DNA of 64,000 nucleotides from positions 4,652-68,651 of the forward strand of contig CAZSXU010000014.1 in NCBI GenBank assembly GCA_964610505.1, written 5' to 3'. Positions 1 through 8,765 of the stretch are shown here, piece by piece. A model generated the notes under the pieces. It had not been told where the DNA came from. It worked only from the letters and a program-made list of their open reading frames with translations, and did not search any database. The position numbers and the translations under genes are program-made. Source of the stretch: an uncultured bacterium (GTDB lineage Bacteria; Arandabacterota; Arandabacteria; JAGLYR01). Numbering within the stretch: position 1 is the stretch's first letter; each line of letters begins with the position of its first letter.

Positions 1-1405
1 GATCTGCGACATGTACTGCGACGAGGCGAAGACCGCCCGCTACTCGGATCTGGAGAAGGAATTCAACGAGCTTCTCAAGGAACAGAAGAGCATCATCGTC
101 AAGGATGAGCTGAGTGAGATCTATCGGAAACACGGCGGGTTCTTCCTGAACGCTTTCACCTCTTACGACATGACCGCCTACTTCGTGCGGCTTCCCAAGA
201 ACAAGATCGAATTGTTCCTGTGGATGGAATCGGACCGAATGCAGAACGCCGTGTTCAGGGAGTTCTACTCGGAACGCGATGTGGTGCTGGAGGAGCGGCG
301 GATGTCCCTGGAATCCACACCGACGGGCAGGTTGGTGGAATCCTTCGACGCCGTGTTCTGGGAATCCGGCCCGTATGGGTGGGACGTCCTGGGATGGCCG
401 AGCGACATCCGGTCGATCTCCCGGGAGGACGCGGCCTGGTACCGGGATACGTATTACGCGCCGAACAACGCCACGGCCCTCTTCGTCGGAGACTTCGATC
501 CCGACGAGCTCTTCCGAAAGGTCAAGAAGTACTTCGCGCCCATTCCGCGCGGGAAGGAGGATCCCCCCGACGTGACGACGCTCGAAATCGAGCAGGTGGG
601 AGCGAAGCAGCTGGTGGGGGAAGCGGACACGTCTCCCCAGGCCGAGGTCCGATTCCACACGGTGGGCTTCCAGCATCCCGACAGCTATCCGCTCCAGGTG
701 CTGGCGGGAGTGCTGAGCGGAAAGTCGGGCCGCCTGTACAAGAAGATGGTCCTGGAAGACGGGATCGCCCTCTCGGGGACCGTTTCCGAGATGATGGGGC
801 CCAGGCTCCACGTCGACGCCGAACAGGACTCGAGAAAGTACGGCGGGTACTTCGCCGCCAGCGCAGAGGGAAAAGACGACGTTTCCCCCGAGCGGCTGCG
901 GGACGCCATCCTCGAGATTCTGGAGGATCTGAAGGACAGTCCCATCACGGAGTACGAGCTGGACAAAGTCAAGAACCAGGTGCTGGCCCGCAATGTGAAG
1001 ATGCTGCGGCGGTTTCAGGGCATCGGGCTGATGTTCTACCTCGGATCCTACGCCGCGCAGGGGGACTATCGGGAGATGAACACCGGCATGGACAAGGTCA
1101 TGGCCGTCACGCCCGAGGACGTTCAGCGGGTGGCAAACACCTACTTCGATCGCTGGAAGCGAAATGAGCTGCTCATCCACCCGAAGCAGAGGGAGGAAGG
1201 CGCCGTTCGACTCGACCCTGAAACTCAGCAGTTTCTTGGCATGATCGAGAGCTCGAACGACACCGATCGCCTGGGGGGAATGATCGGGATGATCCAGGCG
1301 AGGATGGAGAGCATGACCGAAGAGAAGGATCGCGAGCAGGCGAAGGTCCTGCTGGAAGCGGCCAAGAAGCGGCTTGAGGAGCTCAAGGCGAAGAAGGACT
1401 CGTAG
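1..1405 (+). CDS. M16 family peptidase homolog, C-terminal portion (5' end outside window)
   Basis: Reading frame is open to the window edge (codons before the ATG at 11 are in frame, no stop). Translation resembles the M16 middle/C-terminal domain (e.g. YYAPNNATALFVGDFDPDELF). A second M16 homolog follows 66 bp downstream. Confidence 0.75.
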   Translation, partial: ICDMYCDEAKTARYSDLEKEFNELLKEQKSIIVKDELSEIYRKHGGFFLNAFTSYDMTAYFVRLPKNKIELFLWMESDRMQNAVFREFYSERDVVLEERRMSLESTPTGRLVESFDAVFWESGPYGWDVLGWPSDIRSISREDAAWYRDTYYAPNNATALFVGDFDPDELFRKVKKYFAPIPRGKEDPPDVTTLEIEQVGAKQLVGEADTSPQAEVRFHTVGFQHPDSYPLQVLAGVLSGKSGRLYKKMVLEDGIALSGTVSEMMGPRLHVDAEQDSRKYGGYFAASAEGKDDVSPERLRDAILEILEDLKDSPITEYELDKVKNQVLARNVKMLRRFQGIGLMFYLGSYAAQGDYREMNTGMDKVMAVTPEDVQRVANTYFDRWKRNELLIHPKQREEGAVRLDPETQQFLGMIESSNDTDRLGGMIGMIQARMESMTEEKDREQAKVLLEAAKKRLEELKAKKDS

Positions 1406-1471
1406 CCTCGAAACGGTGAATGGGTGTGAGACCCGCGATGCGGAGCGGGTCCGGCAAGAAGGGAAGGGACC

Positions 1472-2953
1472 ATGAAGTCAGGCATAGAAGTCATGATCGT
1501 AGGGGTCGCGCTGGGCTGCGTGCTGGCGGCCGGTCCGGCCATGGCCGGGAAGGTTAAGCATCCGGATGATCTCAAGTTCCCCGATCTCGTGTACACGCCT
1601 CCCGAGGCGGAATCCTACCGAATGACCCTCCAATCGGGCGTTCCGGCCTTCATCGCCGAAGACCGGGAGGTGCCGACGTTCGACCTCCAGGTTCTCGTTC
1701 GTACGGGTACGATCTACGAACCTCCCGAGAAGACGGGTCTGGCCGACATGGTGGGGGATCTCCTGAGAAACGGCGGCACCCGATCCTTCACGGGCGAGGA
1801 GCTCGACGACCGCCTCGAGTACCTGGCCGGATCCATCTCGTGCCGAATGGGGATGACCTCGGCCACGGTGACCGTCTCGACTCTCAGCAAGGACATCGAC
1901 GAGGCTCTGGAGATTCTCAAGGAAGTGCTTCGGTATCCGGTCTTCGATCCTGAGGCGGTGGAGCGCTACCGCGCCGACCGGATCCAGAATATGAAGCTGC
2001 GTAACAGCGAGACGCGAACGATCGAGGCTCGGGAGTGGGCGTTCCTCGTCTATGGAGATCACGCGTACACCCGCCAGTTCCGCCAAACGCAGGCGTCGCT
2101 GGAATCCATCTCCATCGACGACCTCAGGGCATTCCATCGGAAGTACTTTTTCCCGAAGAACCTCGTCGTTGCCGCGGCCGGAGATTTTGATCCCCAGGCG
2201 CTTGCGCGGAAGTTGGATCGGGTATTCGAGGGGTGGGAGGATCATCCCCTCGATCTTCCGGACATCCCGGCCGTGACCTACCGGCCGAAGCCCGGCGTCT
2301 ACCTGGTTAACAAAGAGGACGTGAACCAGGCCCGGGTCCGGCTCGGGCACCTGGGAATCCGGCGGGACGATCCCGACTATTTCTCCGTGTCCCTCATGAA
2401 TTACCTTCTGGGGGGCGGAGGGTTCAGCTCCCGAATCACGCAGCGGGTCCGCTCGGACGAGGGACTCTCGTACAACCAGGGTAGCTATTTCGCCACGCCG
2501 GTTCTGTACGAGGGAGACTTCCGGGCCTATTTCCAGACCAAATCCTCGACGGTGGCTTTCGGAACCGCCATTATCCTGGAGGAGATCGACCGCATTCGGG
2601 AAGAGCGGGTGGATGAGGAAACGCTCGGGAACGCCAAGGAGAACATCCGGAGCATGTTGGTCAACAACTTCGTGGACAGATGGACGACCGTGAGAACCTT
2701 TGCCCTGGACTTCCTGACGGCCCGCCCGGCGGATTTCTGGCAGACGTATGAGGCGCGCTACGAGGCGGTATCGGCCAAGGACGTGCGCGACGCGGCGAGG
2801 AAGCACCTCCACCCGGAGGAGATGGTGTTCCTGGTTGTGGGCAATGCCGAGGACATCAAGAACGCCACGACGGAAAGGAGCCCGGCAACGATCGCCGATT
2901 TCGGGCGAATCGTCGATCTGCCTCTCCCGGATCCTTTGACGCTCGAACGGTAG
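1472..2953 (+). CDS. M16 family peptidase homolog with signal peptide; no HxxEH zinc motif seen (likely non-catalytic partner)
   Basis: ATG at 1472 preceded by GGGAAGGGA. N-terminal hydrophobic signal (MKSGIEVMIVGVALGCVLAAGPAMAG). M16-like fold motifs throughout; I could not find HxxEH in the N-terminal domain. Confidence 0.75.
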   Translation: MKSGIEVMIVGVALGCVLAAGPAMAGKVKHPDDLKFPDLVYTPPEAESYRMTLQSGVPAFIAEDREVPTFDLQVLVRTGTIYEPPEKTGLADMVGDLLRNGGTRSFTGEELDDRLEYLAGSISCRMGMTSATVTVSTLSKDIDEALEILKEVLRYPVFDPEAVERYRADRIQNMKLRNSETRTIEAREWAFLVYGDHAYTRQFRQTQASLESISIDDLRAFHRKYFFPKNLVVAAAGDFDPQALARKLDRVFEGWEDHPLDLPDIPAVTYRPKPGVYLVNKEDVNQARVRLGHLGIRRDDPDYFSVSLMNYLLGGGGFSSRITQRVRSDEGLSYNQGSYFATPVLYEGDFRAYFQTKSSTVAFGTAIILEEIDRIREERVDEETLGNAKENIRSMLVNNFVDRWTTVRTFALDFLTARPADFWQTYEARYEAVSAKDVRDAARKHLHPEEMVFLVVGNAEDIKNATTERSPATIADFGRIVDLPLPDPLTLER

Positions 2954-3111
2954 GGGAGAGGTCTCCGGTCCCGCGGGGGCGGGGCGTTCAGGAAACATCC
3001 GAGTGGAGGGTTCGCGGAGTCCCCGTGCCGGCGGAATGAAAGCGGGGAGATGCGCGTGTCGTGCCGTAATTCCCTAGGTTCGTGTTTTTCTCGGTTCCAT
3101 CCCTTCGTCGC

Positions 3112-4596
3112 CTATCCCAGTTGCTCGTCGGCGATGCGGACGGCCCATTCCTCGGCGTAGTACCGATTCCAGATGGGGTCGGCCAGCTCCTTCAGCCGCT
3201 CGTCGAACTCGCGCATGCGGACCCGGTATTCGGGATCCTCGAGGGCGAGTCCAGCGTTTTCCTCTTCGGGTTTGGCCTCCTCTGTCAGGATGTTCTCCCT
3301 GAAGTTGTCGTAGTGGTCCCGAATGGAGCAGGGCATCAACAGATTCCCGATCTTCACTCCATCCTGAAGGGGCCTCTGGGGGTGCCCCTGGTAGGAGCAC
3401 TGCCAGTTGCGGCCCCGGACCATCATGGGGGAGTCCAGGGCGTCGGTGATGGTTTTCCCGCGAGCGAAGAGATCCTGGACGGTCTGTTCGTAGTACGGGA
3501 CGAACACGCAGGGCATGATCTTGCCGTCCCAGTCGACGTAGATGTAGCCGTCCTGCTTGCCGTACGCGATGCATCCGTCCGCGAGGATCCCACTGTTCCA
3601 GAAATCGGCGATCGTGTACTGCTTCTCGACCGTGCATTTGAGGATTCGGTCGCGAATCGCCAGGCGCTGCTCCGGCGTGATCATGAGATCCATCGTATCT
3701 CTGGCCAGGCCGATGGGCATGAGGTGGAAGGACCACATGTAGAGGCTGCCCTGCTCCTCGAACCAGAAATCGTAGAACTCGTCGCCGGCCAGAATCCCCG
3801 CGTTCTCGAGCGTGGCCGTCACCGAGGTCCCGAAGGGGACTCCGTGGCGACGCAGCGTCTCCTGGGCCTTCAGGATTCTCGTGAAGGTCCCTTTGCCGCG
3901 CCGGGCATCGGTCTCCCTTTCGTAGCCCTCCACGGAAATCGCCGGCGTCACGTTTCCCAGCTCGGCCATTCGGGACGCCGCCTCGTCGTCGATCAACGTG
4001 CCGTTGGTGTAGTACATGAAGTACATGTCTCGATACGTCTCGAAAATGTCGAACACGGTCCGCCCGTTGTCGCGGTACATGAGAGGCTCGCCGCCGGAGA
4101 GAACGACGAAACCGGCGTTCCACAAGTCACGAACTTGCCCGACGATCCTGTCGAAGATCTCGAACGGCAGCTTCGAAATCGTCTGATTCTCGCACGCGGC
4201 GTAGCACCCCTTGCACCGGAGATTGCAGGCGTTGGTCGGTGAGATCACAATGAAGGACGGAGGCTCCATCCCGCGTTCCTTCTTGAACGTCTGCCGTAGG
4301 GCGGCGTTCTCCTCGCTCGTGTGGCGCGTGAAGAGAGGGAAGAAGTTGATGAGAGCCTTCTGAAGGTAGTCCGAGGAGATGTAGCCTCGATCCAGGTTCC
4401 GGCAACTGCCCCGAAGGATGCTCGAAATCCACCGCAGCTTCTCTTCCTGTATAAACGCGGGGTGCTGGAGGGGATCCTTGCGGACGAGGAGGTCTTCGAG
4501 CTTGGACTCAAAGATCCCCACGGCGCCGCGGCGCAGCCTCTTTGACGTGATCGCCGTCTTCACGGCATTGAAAAGGATCCGTTCCATCTTTGTCAT
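3112..4596 (-). CDS. Radical SAM enzyme with SPASM/twitch-like C-terminal region
   Basis: CX3CX2C cluster in ISPTNACNLRCKGCY. C-terminal GCIAYGKQDGYIYVDWDGKIMPC resembles the start of a SPASM/twitch auxiliary-cluster domain. Strong SD (GGAGGAGGGG) immediately upstream of the ATG at 4596. Confidence 0.8.
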   Translation of the reverse strand: MTKMERILFNAVKTAITSKRLRRGAVGIFESKLEDLLVRKDPLQHPAFIQEEKLRWISSILRGSCRNLDRGYISSDYLQKALINFFPLFTRHTSEENAALRQTFKKERGMEPPSFIVISPTNACNLRCKGCYAACENQTISKLPFEIFDRIVGQVRDLWNAGFVVLSGGEPLMYRDNGRTVFDIFETYRDMYFMYYTNGTLIDDEAASRMAELGNVTPAISVEGYERETDARRGKGTFTRILKAQETLRRHGVPFGTSVTATLENAGILAGDEFYDFWFEEQGSLYMWSFHLMPIGLARDTMDLMITPEQRLAIRDRILKCTVEKQYTIADFWNSGILADGCIAYGKQDGYIYVDWDGKIMPCVFVPYYEQTVQDLFARGKTITDALDSPMMVRGRNWQCSYQGHPQRPLQDGVKIGNLLMPCSIRDHYDNFRENILTEEAKPEEENAGLALEDPEYRVRMREFDERLKELADPIWNRYYAEEWAVRIADEQLG

Positions 4597-4703
4597 CGAT
4601 CCCCTCCTCCTGGATCATTTTGCCCGTCCCCAGTCCTCCCCCCATCAATAATCACAAACTGTGCCAATCTCGACGGCGTATTCCCAACGAGTTAGGTGAT
4701 TCT

Positions 4704-4796
4704 ATGCGGAAGCTTCGCAACGTTTCTGTTGCAGTGTTGCGCGACGTATGCTACGCTAGTTGCGTGGGCGGTCCACTGGGGGGATCCGGCCTTTGA
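4704..4796 (+). CDS. Candidate 30-aa small ORF (MRKLRNVSVAVLRDVCYASCVGGPLGGSGL); speculative
   Basis: ATG at 4704 with AGGTGA 5 nt upstream; stop TGA at 4794-4796. Lies in the intergenic gap between the radical SAM and the sigma-54 activator. Could be a chance ORF in GC-rich DNA. Confidence 0.15.
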   Translation: MRKLRNVSVAVLRDVCYASCVGGPLGGSGL

Positions 4797-4820
4797 AGGC
4801 CCCAAGACGAGGATGGAGAC

Positions 4821-6482
4821 ATGAACGAAGCGATGAAGGAATTCGCCTCCCTCTTCACCGTTGATCCGGGAAAGGGAGCCATTCATCTGTTTGGTGAGAG
4901 AATGGCCATCTTCAACACCGAAGCCCTGGGTCTCTGCCGGAAGGAGCTCATTGAGACCCTGGGGCCGGAGAAAAGCCGGCACGTTCTCACCCGCATCGGG
5001 TTCGTATTCGGACTGCACGACTATGAGGTGCTCAAGCGAGTTCTTCCCCAGGCCGAGGTCCTCTCCCTCGCCGGGATGACCAAGCGGCTCTTGAGTCTTC
5101 AGGGCATGGCCGGCATGGACGACATGGTGGCCACCGGGTCACTCACGGACGACGGCGGCCAGCAAATGATCATCGAATGGCAGAACTCCATAGAGGCCGA
5201 GCTGCAGCTTGCCCAGCTGGGACCGTCGGAAGAGCCGTCGTGCTCGATGATGACGGGCTACGCGTGCGGGTACGCGAGCGCGCTCCTCGACAGGAGGGTG
5301 CTTTTCATCGAGACGGAGTGCATGAGCCAAGGGGCCGCGCGCTGCCGTGTGGTCGGGCGACTCGATGAAGGCTGGGGCGACGAGGCCAACCTGGTCCGCA
5401 GCCATCTTCATCCCATCGATCTGGAGGCGATCCTGCGGGATCTCGCAGAGACCGTTGAGGCACAGCAGGCCACCCTCCGGAGGAGCGAAGCGGAACTCAC
5501 CCGCCTGCGGCTGAGCGCCAGACCTTCCTTCAGTTTCTCCCACATCATCGGCGAAAGCCACGCGATGCGGCAAGCCCTCTCCGTGGCCGAACGCGCCGCC
5601 AGGTTCGACACGACGGTGCTGGTCCAGGGGGCGAGCGGGACGGGCAAGGAGATGCTGGCCCGCGGCATTCACCGGGCGTCCGGCCGCAAAGACGGGCCCT
5701 TTATCGGCGTCAACTGCGGCGCGCTGACCGAGACGCTCCTGGAGAGCGAGCTGTTCGGATACAAACGGGGAGCCTTCACCGGAGCCGAGAAGGATTCGGA
5801 GGGGCTCTTTCGAGCTGCGAGCCGGGGGACGATTCTCCTGGACGAGATCAGCGAGATTTCCCCCGCGCTTCAGGTCAACCTGTTGCGGGTCCTGCAGGAG
5901 AGGGAGGTCCGTCCCGTGGGCAGCGCCACGCCCGTTCCCGTCGACGTCCGTGTGATCGCGGCCACCAACCGAGACCTCAAGGAGAGGGTCTTGAAAGGTC
6001 TGTTTCGGGACGATCTTTTCTACCGTCTGAACGTCATCTCGCTGCGCCTGCCCTCCCTGAGGGAGAGGGAGAACGACGTGCTTCTGCTGGCCGATCATTT
6101 TCTCACGGCGTTCTCGAAGAAACACGGTCGTGACGTCCAGGGGTTCACGGCCGGGGCGCGGCGCGCCCTTCTCTCGGCCCGGTGGCCGGGGAACGTCCGC
6201 CAGTTGCAGAACGCTATCGAGCGAGCGGTGATCCTGGGAGATGGCCCCGTGGTCGACGTCGTTCACCTGCCGGGCGATCTCATCTCATCCGCCGTGGACG
6301 ATTCTCCGGTGGGGTATCTCTCCGAGGCCGCCTTCGGCATCCGTTCCGCGGAGGAGCCGGAGGCGAGGGAGATCCTGGCGGTCCTGGCGCGATGCGGCGG
6401 GAGCCGGACTCGAGCCGCTGCCGCTCTTGGTGTCGCGCGCAGCACCCTGTGGAGACGGATGAAAAGACTGGATCTGTGCTAG
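4821..6482 (+). CDS. Sigma-54-dependent transcriptional activator, XylR/DmpR type (N-terminal ligand-sensing domain, AAA+ sigma-54 interaction domain, C-terminal HTH)
   Basis: Walker A GASGTGKE, GAFTGA motif (YKRGAFTGAEKD), RWPGNVRQLQN, C-terminal Fis-type HTH. N-terminal ~200 aa resemble the XylR_N/V4R effector-binding region. Confidence 0.9.
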   Translation: MNEAMKEFASLFTVDPGKGAIHLFGERMAIFNTEALGLCRKELIETLGPEKSRHVLTRIGFVFGLHDYEVLKRVLPQAEVLSLAGMTKRLLSLQGMAGMDDMVATGSLTDDGGQQMIIEWQNSIEAELQLAQLGPSEEPSCSMMTGYACGYASALLDRRVLFIETECMSQGAARCRVVGRLDEGWGDEANLVRSHLHPIDLEAILRDLAETVEAQQATLRRSEAELTRLRLSARPSFSFSHIIGESHAMRQALSVAERAARFDTTVLVQGASGTGKEMLARGIHRASGRKDGPFIGVNCGALTETLLESELFGYKRGAFTGAEKDSEGLFRAASRGTILLDEISEISPALQVNLLRVLQEREVRPVGSATPVPVDVRVIAATNRDLKERVLKGLFRDDLFYRLNVISLRLPSLRERENDVLLLADHFLTAFSKKHGRDVQGFTAGARRALLSARWPGNVRQLQNAIERAVILGDGPVVDVVHLPGDLISSAVDDSPVGYLSEAAFGIRSAEEPEAREILAVLARCGGSRTRAAAALGVARSTLWRRMKRLDLC

Positions 6483-6498
6483 TTCAAGAGGAAACGGC

Positions 6499-7053
6499 AT
6501 GGAATCGGGACAGCGGACTCTACGGGTGGGAAGAACCCGGGTACGCCTGGGTCGGGGCAAGGCTTTCGGCTCCGGTGAGCACGAAACCACGAGAAGCTGT
6601 CTCCACGTGCTAGAGCATCTCGCCCCCGCCGAGGGAGCCGCCGTGCTCGATGTCGGATGCGGCACGGGGATCCTGGGAATCGCGGCGCTCAAGCTGGGGG
6701 CCCGCTCGGTCGTGGCGTTCGACACCGATCCCGACGCGCTGGAGACCACCCGGGTCAACGCCGGTCTCAATGGTGTTTCCGGTCAAATGACGCTCTTTCT
6801 GGGGGAGGTCCACGCCCTTCGCAACGTCCGCTTCGATCTCATCCTGGCCAACCTCTACGGAGATCTTCTGCTCGCTTCCATGCGTTCCCTGGCGTCCCTC
6901 TTGATTCCCGGGGGCCACTTCCTGATGTCGGGGATCCGGTGGGAGGACAGGTTCGAGCTGGAAACGTCCGTTGGTCGGCAGGGTCTGAGCATCCGGAAGG
7001 TCTTCATGCTGCCGGAGTACGTGACGGTGCTTGCCCGGGCCGGCCGCGATTGA
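6499..7053 (+). CDS. PrmA-like class I SAM-dependent methyltransferase (ribosomal protein L11 methyltransferase catalytic domain only)
   Basis: KAFGSGEHETTRSCL and VLDVGCGTGILGIAALKLGA match the PrmA catalytic domain. Only 184 aa; the usual N-terminal substrate-binding domain has no room upstream because the activator ends at 6482. Confidence 0.6.
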   Translation: MESGQRTLRVGRTRVRLGRGKAFGSGEHETTRSCLHVLEHLAPAEGAAVLDVGCGTGILGIAALKLGARSVVAFDTDPDALETTRVNAGLNGVSGQMTLFLGEVHALRNVRFDLILANLYGDLLLASMRSLASLLIPGGHFLMSGIRWEDRFELETSVGRQGLSIRKVFMLPEYVTVLARAGRD

Positions 7054-7070
7054 GCCTACGTCTCGGAGGA

Positions 7071-7973
7071 TCAACCCGCCAGGAGAACCGCGATTCCGAT
7101 GAAGGCAACCACCGTGCCGAGGATGGCGCGCGGGGACACCCGCTCATTCAGCTGCCAGTAGGCAAGGGGGAGGATCAAGACGGGAGGAAGCGCCATGATG
7201 GTGGCCGCGACGCCCAGACGGGAGTATTGGATCGACACGAGAGAGAGCCAGATTCCCAGAGCGGCTCCAACGATGATGGCGCCGAACAGCGGTGCCAGAG
7301 CCTCGCGAGTGAAGATCGCACGAATGATTCGAGGCGCTCGGCCGCTCAACAACGAGACGCCCCACATCGTCGCGGCGGCGGCCACCATGCGGATGAGCGT
7401 GGCCGAGATGGCGGGAAAGTCTCCGGCCATTCCCTTTTTCGCCGCGACGAGTCCCAGCGCCTGACCCAGTGCGCCGGCGACGGCGAAGATTACCCCTCGA
7501 GCGTAGCGCTTCGGTCGCCCGGCGTCTTGCCCGTTGCCTCTCTCCATCACGACCCAGCCGATCCCCGCCACGGCGATGAGGACGCCGGTGAGTTCCAGCG
7601 GCAGGAGCCTCTCCCTCAGGAAGATCCAGGCGGCCGTGGTGCTCAGAATGGGCACCAGGGACATGATCAGAAGCGCGAGCCGGGGGCCGATGAGGGCAAA
7701 GGCATTGAACAGGAAAGAATCCCCGAGAACCAGGCCGATTACGCCGGAGAGGGCCAACCATCCCCACCGGTAGGACTCCACGTCCACGGGAAACCCGCGC
7801 CCGCACGTTACCAGGTGGATCCCCACCATGAAAGGAAGGGCCAGGATCACCCGGGCATGATTGACGGTCACGCCCCCGATGAGGCTGGACGCGCGCGTGA
7901 AGAACAGGGCGCTGACCGTCCAGCAGATCGCCGTGCCGAAGGCGGCCAGTTCCCCGATGCCTGTAAGGGTCAT
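7071..7973 (-). CDS. EamA/DMT-superfamily transporter
   Basis: 300 aa, about 10 predicted TM helices, two-repeat architecture typical of EamA permeases. Confidence 0.75.
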   Translation of the reverse strand: MTLTGIGELAAFGTAICWTVSALFFTRASSLIGGVTVNHARVILALPFMVGIHLVTCGRGFPVDVESYRWGWLALSGVIGLVLGDSFLFNAFALIGPRLALLIMSLVPILSTTAAWIFLRERLLPLELTGVLIAVAGIGWVVMERGNGQDAGRPKRYARGVIFAVAGALGQALGLVAAKKGMAGDFPAISATLIRMVAAAATMWGVSLLSGRAPRIIRAIFTREALAPLFGAIIVGAALGIWLSLVSIQYSRLGVAATIMALPPVLILPLAYWQLNERVSPRAILGTVVAFIGIAVLLAG

Positions 7974-8063
7974 TGCTCTCCGACGGTTCCATTGCTTCGC
8001 TGCTCGGCTGCTTCGCGTGGATTATACACCAATTCGGGGCGGGCGGTTCGTGAATAATTCAAC

Positions 8064-8744
8064 CTAGGCGGGTACGGGTCCGTCCGGGGTGATTCGGCCG
8101 TCCATCATGTGAACGATGCGTTTGGACTCCCGAGCGATGGAGGCATCATGGGTGATGATGATGACGGTCCGACCTTCTTTCCAGAGGTTGTGAAACAGAT
8201 TCAGAATCTCTCTCCCCGAGCCCGAGTCCAGATTGCCCGTCGGCTCATCCGCCAGAATAATGGCCGGAGCATTGGCCAGGGATCTCGCAATGGCAACCCG
8301 CTGCATTTCTCCCCCCGAGAGCTCGCCGGGTTTATGATCCAGGCGGTCGCCGAGCATCACCAGATCCAGCAACTCCGAAGACCTCCTCCTCCGTTCGCCG
8401 GCCGTCGTCCCCCGGAAAATCATGGGCATCTCGACGTTCTCCCGGGCGGTGGCATAGGGAAGAAGATTGAAATTCTGAAATACAAAGCCGATCTTTTCAT
8501 TCCGGATTTCCGCCAGCCGGTTGTGGTGGAGTCCCTGGACCTCCTCGCCGTCCAGCACGTACGTCCCGGAGCTCGGTACGTCGAGACATCCCATGATGTT
8601 CATAAGCGTGGACTTACCGGAACCGGAGGGGCCCATGATCGAGATGAAATCCCCCCGCTCGAACTCAATGTCGATCCCTCGAAGCGCCTCCACTTCGATT
8701 TTGCCTGTATCGTACACCTTGGTGATGTTTGTCATCGAGATCAT
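8064..8744 (-). CDS. ABC transporter ATP-binding protein (MacB/LolD-like)
   Basis: Walker [13 protein letters not shown] signature [15 protein letters not shown], Walker [12 protein letters not shown]. Confidence 0.9.
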   Translation of the reverse strand: MISMTNITKVYDTGKIEVEALRGIDIEFERGDFISIMGPSGSGKSTLMNIMGCLDVPSSGTYVLDGEEVQGLHHNRLAEIRNEKIGFVFQNFNLLPYATARENVEMPMIFRGTTAGERRRRSSELLDLVMLGDRLDHKPGELSGGEMQRVAIARSLANAPAIILADEPTGNLDSGSGREILNLFHNLWKEGRTVIIITHDASIARESKRIVHMMDGRITPDGPVPA

Positions 8745-8765
8745 CCGTGCGGGTCCTCCTCCCGT

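Noticed and set aside
2954-3111. tRNA-like GGTTCG motif in the intergenic gap between the M16 and radical SAM genes
   Set aside because: No acceptor stem/T-arm pairing or cloverleaf could be drawn; no tRNA or rRNA was found anywhere in the window.
3082-4242. 386-aa plus-strand ORF (and 349-aa minus-strand ORF 3074..4123)
   Set aside because: Both overlap the radical SAM gene in other frames; only the 3112..4596 frame shows the CX3CX2C cluster and coherent composition.
4641-4675. Sigma-54 promoter for the radical SAM gene (minus strand TGGCAC-N5-GTGAT)
   Set aside because: Perfect -24 hexamer but the -12 element lacks the GC dinucleotide; kept only as a weak note inside the locus finding, not as a feature.
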